Shown piece by piece: positions 18,558 to 26,589 of a stretch of 64,000 nucleotides of DNA. The stretch covers positions 124 through 64,123 of the forward strand of contig CAJTUR010000002.1 in the NCBI GenBank assembly GCA_910579535.1. The letters run 5' to 3'. Position 1 is the stretch's first letter, and every line of letters begins with the position of its first letter. Under the pieces are notes generated by a model that was not told where the DNA came from, did not search any database, and saw only the letters and a list, made by a program, of their open reading frames with translations. The position numbers and the translations under genes are program-made. This stretch comes from an uncultured Bacilli bacterium (GTDB taxonomy: Bacteria > Bacillota_I > Bacilli_A > RF39 > UBA660).

Positions 18558-19864
18558 GAGTTGCTCCTTTCAAAGGCAAAGATTCTTTCAGGATTTTGGT
18601 TGGATTCTTCAAAGATTAAGTCTACTTTTTCATCGTCTCTTTTTAAAGTGGTGATGATGTTTTGGGTAAATTTACTAAAGTTATGATAAAAGGGTAAATC
18701 TTCTTTAGGGTGACGTATTTGATAGGCATTCAAGATGATGATTTTGGTGTTTTCATATTTGGCATATTGGTAAAGTTGTTCTACTATTTCTTCTCCCTCT
18801 TTCGAACAACGTTTTTGGAAAGTGATAAAGTCATTTATGATTAAGTAATCATAATGGTTTTCTAAGTTTAAAATCTCAGTTTCTAAGTCTATTTTCTTAA
18901 AAAGTTCAGTGTCTTCAAAGTTTTCATAAGTACAATTTAGCGAATTATTTTTTAGTTTTCCATCAAAGTCACAAATTCTTATTTGGGTGTTTTCTTTTAA
19001 AACTTGTTCTTTTAGGATGTTTAGAAGCGTTAGGGCCTCTTGGTTTTCTTCACTATATAATACACTGATTTTATTATTGGTGAAGCGGGTTTCAAATGTT
19101 TTTTCGATTCCATTTTCTTCAAATGTTAAAATTTCATTTGTCTTTGAATTGAGGCTTACTTTTTCGCCCGTGTCAAAATGATAAATCCCCTCTTTTGCAT
19201 TATAGTCGATTACTTTTACGTTATGGTGCTTATAAAAGTTTAGGCTTCCATAGCCAGAAAGTCCTCCTTCTAAAAATAAAAATTGGGTATTGGTTTTACG
19301 GGCGTAGTTCTGAATGGTTTCTAAAACTTTTACTCTTGCTTCTTCATAGGGGATTTGGAGCTCTTGTTCTAATTTTTTTTGTTCATATCTTAAACAACTA
19401 TTGATGTCTTTTAGTATAACTAAATCATATTTTGTATTTTTATAATGTTCATCAAAAATAAAGTAAAGGTTGCCATAGTCAGCATAGATGGATTCGTTTA
19501 TTTGAAAGTGACTATTTTTGATGGTTTCTAAAGAGGCGAAAAAGGCTTCTTTGTTTGGTAAATCGTTTACGACTTGCCTTTCTTCTAGTCGTTGTTGATA
19601 ACTAAATGGGGCTAAATAAGCGAGTGTTTTTTCTAGGTCAATGTTGGAAATTCGCGAAACGAGGTTGGCATGAAACCAGCTCGTGTCTTCAGGAATGTCA
19701 TTCACTGAGGTTATGAGTAAGACTTTTTTGTTTTCTTTTATGGCTGTTTCATAAATGATGTTGGTTAGTAGTGGTGTTAAATCTATGGTAGACCCCCACT
19801 CTCTAGAAATCCATAAATTAATTTCTTGGGTTAATAATTTTTTTGCTATTTTTATTTGATTCAT
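18554..19864 (-). CDS. Protein with two degenerate DnaB-C-terminal/RecA-like modules
   Basis: First module: ISREWGSTIDLTPLLTNIIYETAIKENKKVLLITS, YDLVILKDINSCL and ARKTNTQFLFLE. Second module: YDYLIINDFITF and AKYENTKIIILNAYQIR. The preferred start is ATG 19864 (MNQIKIAKK), preceded by AAAGGAAAGAG. A 4-nt overlap joins it to the next gene. Confidence 0.5.
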   Translation of the reverse strand: MNQIKIAKKLLTQEINLWISREWGSTIDLTPLLTNIIYETAIKENKKVLLITSVNDIPEDTSWFHANLVSRISNIDLEKTLAYLAPFSYQQRLEERQVVNDLPNKEAFFASLETIKNSHFQINESIYADYGNLYFIFDEHYKNTKYDLVILKDINSCLRYEQKKLEQELQIPYEEARVKVLETIQNYARKTNTQFLFLEGGLSGYGSLNFYKHHNVKVIDYNAKEGIYHFDTGEKVSLNSKTNEILTFEENGIEKTFETRFTNNKISVLYSEENQEALTLLNILKEQVLKENTQIRICDFDGKLKNNSLNCTYENFEDTELFKKIDLETEILNLENHYDYLIINDFITFQKRCSKEGEEIVEQLYQYAKYENTKIIILNAYQIRHPKEDLPFYHNFSKFTQNIITTLKRDDEKVDLIFEESNQNPERIFAFERSNS

Positions 19865-19889
19865 ATACTCTCTTTCCTTTTCTACTTCC

Positions 19890-19898
19890 ATTATAACA
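19890..19898 (-). promoter_or_regulatory. Extended -10 promoter element (TGTTATAAT) in front of the 18554-19864 gene
   Basis: The minus strand reads ...ctgTGtTATAATgg, ending ~25 nt upstream of ATG 19864. The -35 region is weak. Confidence 0.4.
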
Positions 19899-19902
19899 CA
19901 GT

Positions 19903-19925
19903 AAAAAAGCCGTTTAGTAAACGAC
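19903..19925 (-). terminator. Intrinsic terminator-like hairpin between the second and third genes of the cluster
   Basis: The minus strand reads GUCGUUU-ACU-AAACGGC followed by UUUUUU. Confidence 0.5.
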
Positions 19926-19967
19926 ATTCTTTTTTATATTTATCTGTTTTAAACACTATTTTTTCGG

Positions 19968-21020
19968 CTATTTTGTAATTGCATTTATTTGGAACCATTC
20001 TTTCTTTTTAAAATCGTACCCGATATTTTGGTAAAGATTATTTAAGTCTTCTAAATCTCTTTCAATTTGGCGTTCCGATTGCAAAAAAACTGTTTTTAGT
20101 TCTTTAGTGGTGAAGGTTTCTTTTCCTTTTAAATATTTTTTTAGTTCTTCTAGTTTTTCTCTTCTTTGGGCACTTATTTTACGTGATTTATTTGTTAATA
20201 AGTTGTTAAGAAATAAACGGTACAGGGTTTCGTCTTCAAAGTAGTTTTCGTTGACAAAATAAAAAGGACTGTATTTTAAATGGTATTTGTTTTGTTTTTT
20301 TACGTCTTGAGTGATGATGTAAACATAGGTAAAGTTTTTAAAGAATGTTCGGTATTTTTTATCCAGTTCTATACTGTTTTTTGGTAATAAATCTTCTTTT
20401 ATGATTGCTAGAAAGCCCTGTTTTCTTTTTAGTTCGTCTAGGATGTTGGCTTTTTTTATGTAGGGAAATTGACAAGCCAATTCATTTTCAATTCTGTCTT
20501 TAAATTCTTGTTGTCTTTTATCGGTGAAGTTTATGTTATCTAATTTCCCACAAAGATAAACGATTCGTTTTTCTTTTTTTAAATCGATGGCATGTGGTTT
20601 TACGTTTATTGTTTTTATTGGGGATTTTACGGATTTAAGGGAGGTTTTTATTTTGTTTTGGGTATTTAAAATAGTATAAAAGGAAACTTGTTCGAGATAG
20701 GCTTTTATTTTTAATAAGTTTTCGTTTAAGTTTAAAAAGAGGATGAGATCACTTGAAATGATTTCTTCACTAAACATGGGGGTATCTGGTTTTATTTGGA
20801 TGCTCTTTTTTACTTTTTCTTTTTCTTCGTCAGTGATATATCTAAGATCGATGTAGCCAAATTGGAGGGTGAGTTTTTGGTCATAAAGACTTGCAAAATC
20901 GTCGATTTTTAGTTCGTTCATTAATTCTTTTTTGCCACTAATTCTAGTTCCTAAAATCAAAATGCGTTTTTCAGGATTTTCTTTAATGATTTTTTTGATT
21001 TTCCTAATTTCTTCTTTCAT
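19968..21020 (-). CDS. Hypothetical protein: deviant P-loop-like N-terminus, central Rossmann-like segment, C-terminal winged-HTH
   Basis: ILILGTRISGKKEL fits GxxxxGK-like. RIVYLCGKLDN is reminiscent of nucleoside deoxyribosyltransferase/SLOG-type strands. The C-terminus TTKELKTVFLQSERQIERDLEDL is DeoR/HTH_11-like. A 4-nt overlap joins it to the NUDIX gene. Confidence 0.4.
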   Translation of the reverse strand: MKEEIRKIKKIIKENPEKRILILGTRISGKKELMNELKIDDFASLYDQKLTLQFGYIDLRYITDEEKEKVKKSIQIKPDTPMFSEEIISSDLILFLNLNENLLKIKAYLEQVSFYTILNTQNKIKTSLKSVKSPIKTINVKPHAIDLKKEKRIVYLCGKLDNINFTDKRQQEFKDRIENELACQFPYIKKANILDELKRKQGFLAIIKEDLLPKNSIELDKKYRTFFKNFTYVYIITQDVKKQNKYHLKYSPFYFVNENYFEDETLYRLFLNNLLTNKSRKISAQRREKLEELKKYLKGKETFTTKELKTVFLQSERQIERDLEDLNNLYQNIGYDFKKKEWFQINAITK

Positions 21021-21466
21021 TCTACTCCCTTTATTTTATTTAAGGCCTGCTGCGTCATTTCATCTCCAACACTTCCCCAATTCAAGTAATTATTTAACTC
21101 TTTTAAGGGAATCAAAATTCTTTGGTAGGTTTCATGTTCGGCGGGATCAGGTCTTTCTTCACCAATGGATTTAATAGTGGCTAACATTCTTACTTGGGCA
21201 TAGGAATCCTTTGTATCACCATTGACTTCTTGGAAGCCTAAATAGGAAATATCGGAAATTATTATATTTACTTCTTCTAATACTTCACGTTTTAGGGTTT
21301 CTTCTAGCGTTTCATTTTTTTCAGGATGTCCGCCTGGAATACGATAATTCCCATTTTTTTCTTGATAAATCAGCACTTGCTTCTTCTCATTTAAGATAAT
21401 GCCAGAGACTTGCGTAATTCTCATATTTTTGGGGACTTCTTCGGTATGGTAGTTATATTCAATCAT
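21017..21466 (-). CDS. NUDIX hydrolase (first gene of the cluster)
   Basis: Nudix box GGHPEKNETLEETLKREVLEEVN. Confidence 0.8.
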   Translation of the reverse strand: MIEYNYHTEEVPKNMRITQVSGIILNEKKQVLIYQEKNGNYRIPGGHPEKNETLEETLKREVLEEVNIIISDISYLGFQEVNGDTKDSYAQVRMLATIKSIGEERPDPAEHETYQRILIPLKELNNYLNWGSVGDEMTQQALNKIKGVE

Positions 21467-21581
21467 TTTTTTCCTCCACTTTGATTTATTAATCGCTTTT
21501 CTTGAACTCCTATTTTTCTCTAATTTTTCAGGTTGGTATAACCATTTTTTAACTTCTACAATGACCTAAATATTTATGTTC

Positions 21582-22076
21582 TTATTTTTTTCTATCTGGG
21601 ACATGCCAAACATCAATTTCTTCTTTTTGGGGAATTTCAAATATAGAGGAAACCTTTTTTAATAATCCTTCATCCACATAAAAACTGGAACCTCCATTAC
21701 CTGCTAGAACTTTACTATTTCTTTCTTCTATATTTTCATACCAAGTTGTATCATCAATATCAATATAATGCATTTCTAATAAAATTTTATGTTCTTTGGC
21801 ATACTCTTTAATTTCATTTCTATTTTCCTTTACCCAAAATCCCCAATCTAAAATTACAGTACATCCTGCATTAACAATTTCTACTGCTTTTTTTCTTAAA
21901 TATAAATTCACTCTTCTAGCAAATTCATCATAATCTTCCCCTTGTTTATTATTTGTTAAATCATAAGTTACTTCATCTGTAGATAAAATCACAGCATGTT
22001 CTTTTTCTTTTAATTGATTCGCATAATAAGTTTTGCCACAACCAATTTTTCCACATATACAAATTAATTTTGCCAT
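21582..22076 (-). CDS. Small P-loop kinase/ATPase (AAA_33-like)
   Basis: Walker A CGKIGCGKTY and a Walker B-like VILDWGF. 164 aa. Confidence 0.6.
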   Translation of the reverse strand: MAKLICICGKIGCGKTYYANQLKEKEHAVILSTDEVTYDLTNNKQGEDYDEFARRVNLYLRKKAVEIVNAGCTVILDWGFWVKENRNEIKEYAKEHKILLEMHYIDIDDTTWYENIEERNSKVLAGNGGSSFYVDEGLLKKVSSIFEIPQKEEIDVWHVPDRKK

Positions 22077-22090
22077 AAACCTAATCTCCT

Positions 22091-22675
22091 TTATTTCCTT
22101 AATCCATCACTTTGTACCCAAGAATAAAATAAACTTTTATCTGGAACATTGTATTCGTAATCTAATTTTGAATTAAAACTATCTATTAAATCAATTGCCT
22201 CTTTCAATACTTCCTCTTTACTTTTGCCTACTATATCTAAGATAACTTCATTAGGCAATAGATCTCTATCCATAATTTTTTTTGTAGATATTTCTAATAA
22301 TTCCAAGTCAATTAATCCATCGGAACCACGAGCAATCATTTGTCTTTTATTTTGTTCATAATCACTTGAAATTAATTTTAAAGTAACAAAATTGGTACCT
22401 TTAAATATTTGTGGTATTTCCCTTGATCTAATGTCATTGAAATCAAGGGCTATAATATATTTTAGACCTTTATCATAAAAATATTTTAATAATAAAATAA
22501 AAGATTCCCACATTATTTCTTCTTCGAATTTTCCTTCATCAACATTATCTGGTATGCCAAACTCTGGAATCATGTTTTGTTCAAAATAAACTCCATTATA
22601 ATGTTTATACAATTCTTTTGCCAAAGTAGTCTTTCCAATACCACTAGGACCAATTATAAATATATAATCTTTCAT
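22091..22675 (-). CDS. Small P-loop kinase/ATPase
   Basis: Walker A IIGPSGIGKTTLAKEL. 194 aa. Confidence 0.6.
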   Translation of the reverse strand: MKDYIFIIGPSGIGKTTLAKELYKHYNGVYFEQNMIPEFGIPDNVDEGKFEEEIMWESFILLLKYFYDKGLKYIIALDFNDIRSREIPQIFKGTNFVTLKLISSDYEQNKRQMIARGSDGLIDLELLEISTKKIMDRDLLPNEVILDIVGKSKEEVLKEAIDLIDSFNSKLDYEYNVPDKSLFYSWVQSDGLRK

Positions 22676-22689
22676 TTCCGTTCCTCCAT

Positions 22690-23349
22690 TTATCTTTTAA
22701 TTATGAATTCTAATAGAAATTCCTTTAAATGCTCTAATATATTTTTTTCTAAATCTGTTTCTAAATAATCTGTATTTTCTTTAATATCAAGAAATTCTAA
22801 AACAAATGGATCTTTTACTAAATCTTTACTTGATTCTAAAATTTGACCTTTCTCTGCAAGTTCTAAGATTTTTTCTTTATTAGTAGATAAGGCTAATCTT
22901 TCATATAATAGAGAACCGATTTGCCTCCCAAGTTCCCTAACACTCCATTTAGTATTTATACATTCATTGAATTAAAAATTCCTTTTAGTTTCTTCCTCTA
23001 TCTTTATTAATTCCAAATAATGTGACCAACTTAATTGCGACGACACTGTTGTCGCAATTGGAAAATAAATATAGAATTTTCTCATTCTCTCTAAATTTCT
23101 TTTAGAAAATCCTTTGCCAAATTCATTCGTTAATTTTTGTGATAGTTTCTCCAAAACAGCATCACCATAACTTGCTCTTTCATCTCCCTGTTGGATTTCC
23201 ATAATTGCCTCGCCAATATTCCAATAAAGCTTAGGCATTTCCGTATTTACAGCACTATATACTTTATTTCTACTATTAATAACTAATTCTTTTATATTAT
23301 CAAATATAGTATTAATTTCATTATCATTTTTAATTAATTCATTGTCCAT
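22690..23349 (-). pseudogene. DUF1016 (YhcG-like PDDEXK nuclease) pseudogene with an in-frame stop and a 3' truncation
   Basis: The N-terminal 125 aa parallel the intact paralog at 55435-56451. My translation continues in the same frame through TAA at 22972-22974 (NF*FNECINTKWSVRELGRQIGSLLYERLALS...EFLLE). It then ends before the nuclease core. Confidence 0.75.
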
Positions 23350-23778
23350 TAATTGCCTCCAATTTTCAATTCAAATCATAAAGACTTCTTATGTCTAAAT
23401 TATACTCTAAGTAAAACTCTTCCATACTCCATATTCATTTTAACTTCTTTTAATTGTAATAAGGGAATTCTTTTAGTTAAACTTATGAAACTTGCTAGCT
23501 ACCGATTATGTCAATATAAACTTAACTGATAAACGATTAACTATCGTAAATAATGTTTAAGATTCGATTGTTTTTTAAATAAATCTATGCTATTTATAGT
23601 ATTTGCTAGATTTCTATTTTTTGATTGTTTATTTTAAAGATACAGTTTTTTTCTAAAATTTTTGCCATTTTTTTAGGAATTTCAAAGGGTTTTGCCCATT
23701 CTTTTTGAAGTATAGTTAAGTCAATGTTTTCTAAAGTTTCATAATTTATAATTAAATTTTCTGCGGTTATTTCAATAC

Positions 23779-24075
23779 TCACTTTTTTATTTTTTGGACT
23801 TCTTTATTGATGTTATCTTGAATGGTAGAATTAATGGTTCGATGATAAGTGATGTCTAATTTGTCTGCTAAGACTAAAGAAAGTCCTATAAATGAATTTA
23901 CTTCGTTTCCAGAGCCATGATCTTGAATCGCATGTTCTAAAATCTTTTTTTCTTCTTCCGTAACGTTTGTGTTTCCTAAGTACTTACGAAACATCTTACT
24001 ACTTCTTAAAGCATGTTCTTTTTTGTTGGTATCACTTTCACTTAAACCAATATCATGAAGTAAAGCGGCGGACAT
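23779..24075 (-). pseudogene. HD-domain phosphohydrolase fragment
   Basis: Begins at ...AALLHDIGL, so it lacks the upstream His region. Another frame continues downstream to about 23620, which suggests a frameshift. Confidence 0.5.
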
Positions 24076-24082
24076 TCATAAA

Positions 24083-24706
24083 TCATTTTTCTTCTCCTTC
24101 AATTTGCTTTATGTCTTCTAGAGTTTCAGGCCAATTTATTTTTTCTAAATAAATTTTTGGACAATTGCCATTTTTAAAAGCAATACCAATATGATTTAAA
24201 GTACTAAAGTTCATTTCTCGTTGGTCATCGTAGTTTTTAAAATAGTCTTCTATCTTTATTTGTTCATAATAATTCTCATCTAATTTTTGATTATCACTAT
24301 AACTTAAATCATAGCCATAAAAGATTTCTTCAATTTGCGTAGCCAATTTTTCATCATGTATATTTATTCGATAAATATCTTTAACTTTGGATAATTCTTT
24401 TATTTTATCTCCTAAATTTATAAAAGGCGGATAGCGAAAGAAATAAATGTAATAGGCACCATTTTGACCACGAAATTTTTTTAACGCTTCGATATAATCT
24501 TCTCTAGTTAAATTTTCTTTTCCATGGTATTCTTTTAATCCCCATTCATTTATTATGCGTTGTTTATATTTTAAGACGTTTTTATCAAATTCTTTAAACA
24601 TTTTATGATCGTACATATATTGTAAACTGTTTAAACCTTTACTTAAGTTGACATCTTTATTTACAAGGTGATAAAAATAAAGAGGCGTTTTTTGATTTGT
24701 ATCCAT
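24083..24706 (-). CDS. Hypothetical protein
   Basis: 207-aa ORF. No motif recognised. Confidence 0.45.
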   Translation of the reverse strand: MDTNQKTPLYFYHLVNKDVNLSKGLNSLQYMYDHKMFKEFDKNVLKYKQRIINEWGLKEYHGKENLTREDYIEALKKFRGQNGAYYIYFFRYPPFINLGDKIKELSKVKDIYRINIHDEKLATQIEEIFYGYDLSYSDNQKLDENYYEQIKIEDYFKNYDDQREMNFSTLNHIGIAFKNGNCPKIYLEKINWPETLEDIKQIEGEEK

Positions 24707-24754
24707 ATTGCTTTTCCTTTCTTCTTATCTACTATTTTTACATCATTCTTTTGG

Positions 24755-25624
24755 TTATTTTAAAACTAATTTTAAGGCATTTGTATCATGACCAAAAACG
24801 TTTCTAGCATTTATTCTTGCCATTAAAATAGATTTTGTTATACATAATTTAGAGTTTGTCATGATAATGTCTTGTTGATTTTTATCTACAATAAATTTTT
24901 CTAAGGCTATTACATAATCATTCTCTATTTTGTGGTAATGATTAACCGAATATATACGACTTAAATATTCTAAAGCAATTTCAATAGCGTATTTTTTATT
25001 TTCATCCGTTCCGTTATAAAACATCACAGGATTTTTCTTCTTATCGTAATTCAAAACAAAAAAATTAGTTAATATAAAATCAAGTTCTTTAACATTTTCT
25101 ACTCTTTTCTTCTTTAAGTCTGATTCATCCATTTTCACAAAAAATTGGTAATTTTTTTTATTTTTTAATTTTTCAAAAACTTTAAGTGCTTCTCTATCTT
25201 GAAATTCGATTCTGTCTTTTAAAATAAAAGTTTCTATCCGATCTAGAGTATTGTTATCTAGTTGATTTGTTTCAAAATCATGAAGATGATTCAAATAAAA
25301 TAATAAAAGATTTCCTACTTTATGATACGTTTTGACAAATTCTTGATATTTATTAGACAATTGACTATAGTATAAGGGGTCTTTTTTTTCAAAGTAACCA
25401 GCTATAAACGCATTGAAAGCTTTATGAGCGTGCACGTAAAAATTTTTTAACTCTTCTTCATTTAGTCCTAAATCTAGATAATACAAAAATTCTTCTTTTA
25501 TTTGCTCCAGATAATCACTTTCTTCTTGCATTTTTTTTATAAATTCTAATGTTTCATCAAAAAATTTTTTTTGTTCTTTCTTTGGTTCTTCTTTTAAAAA
25601 AGAAAGCTGTTTTATTTTTTCCAT
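24755..25624 (-). CDS. Hypothetical alpha-helical protein
   Basis: 289-aa ORF. No motif recognised. Confidence 0.45.
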   Translation of the reverse strand: MEKIKQLSFLKEEPKKEQKKFFDETLEFIKKMQEESDYLEQIKEEFLYYLDLGLNEEELKNFYVHAHKAFNAFIAGYFEKKDPLYYSQLSNKYQEFVKTYHKVGNLLLFYLNHLHDFETNQLDNNTLDRIETFILKDRIEFQDREALKVFEKLKNKKNYQFFVKMDESDLKKKRVENVKELDFILTNFFVLNYDKKKNPVMFYNGTDENKKYAIEIALEYLSRIYSVNHYHKIENDYVIALEKFIVDKNQQDIIMTNSKLCITKSILMARINARNVFGHDTNALKLVLK

Positions 25625-25707
25625 AATCTCACCTTGTTGAATAGCTTCTATTATATTTATAACTTGTCAGAAAGGCAATAAAAAAAATAGTCATTTTTAA
25701 AATTTTA

Positions 25708-26589
25708 CTATTCTTTTATTTTATCAAAGTAAACATCGAAGTCTTTTTTTGATTCTGTTTCGATAGCTTTTATCAATTCTTCTTTGTAAGATTCTTTAAA
25801 ACCTTTAAAAGTTTGGTTTCCTATGATGGTATAAGGAACACCTTTAATGGTATCGTTCATTTGGCGAGCAAATAATTCTAAATTTTCCTTATTTTCTTTG
25901 TTGTACCAAACTTCAAAAGGGTATAGGTTATAAAGTTTGCCGTAGTCTTCCTTTATACTTTCAAAAAATTTAAATTCTTCTTCACAGTGAGGACATCCGT
26001 CTCCCCAAAAGAAATAGATATTCACTTTGTTTTTTTCTTTTTTTACATTTTCTAAATGAACATTTTTGGATGGTGCTGGTGTTTCTTCAGCCTCTGTTTC
26101 ATTAGAAACGGATGAATTCTTGTTTACTTCTTTTAAATGAATATATTTTGTAAACCAATCTTTAAAACCTTCTTTACTTTCATAAAAACGTAAGTCTTCG
26201 TTTTTGTTGGCTTCTAAAAAGTCTATTCTTTTTCCATTTTCAAATAGAATAAATGAAGGATAATAATTTATTTTATCTCCAACTTTCAGTTCTTTTAATT
26301 TTGAAAAAGCAATTTTATAAATAGAAATTTTATTTTCTTTAAGAAATTCATTTAAAACGCTTTCAAAGTCTGATGAGGTGATACACATCGGTTGGTAAAC
26401 AAAAATCGCAAAGCTTTCTTTTTCATTGATTAGTTTTTCTAATTCTGGTCCTTCTATCTCGGTTATTTTATTTTCTCCGTAATATTTTTCTTCTAACTCG
26501 AAGACTTGTTTTTTGGGTTTCAAGATGAAAAAAAGAGAGAGAACCACTCCTATTAATAAAATAGGAAGAATAATTTTCCATTTTTTCAT
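25708..26589 (-). CDS. Membrane-anchored thioredoxin-fold protein (two Trx-like halves)
   Basis: N-terminal TM helix. CPHC redox motif in FFWGDGCPHCEEE. The first half has the Trx-like layout without CxxC. Confidence 0.6.
   Translation of the reverse strand: MKKWKIILPILLIGVVLSLFFILKPKKQVFELEEKYYGENKITEIEGPELEKLINEKESFAIFVYQPMCITSSDFESVLNEFLKENKISIYKIAFSKLKELKVGDKINYYPSFILFENGKRIDFLEANKNEDLRFYESKEGFKDWFTKYIHLKEVNKNSSVSNETEAEETPAPSKNVHLENVKKEKNKVNIYFFWGDGCPHCEEEFKFFESIKEDYGKLYNLYPFEVWYNKENKENLELFARQMNDTIKGVPYTIIGNQTFKGFKESYKEELIKAIETESKKDFDVYFDKIKE

Noticed and set aside
19865-19927. 5' extension of the 457-aa ORF (MSFTKRLFYCVIMEVEKEREY)
   Set aside because: The extension spans the terminator hairpin and the -10 element. 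The ATG at 19864 has a good RBS.
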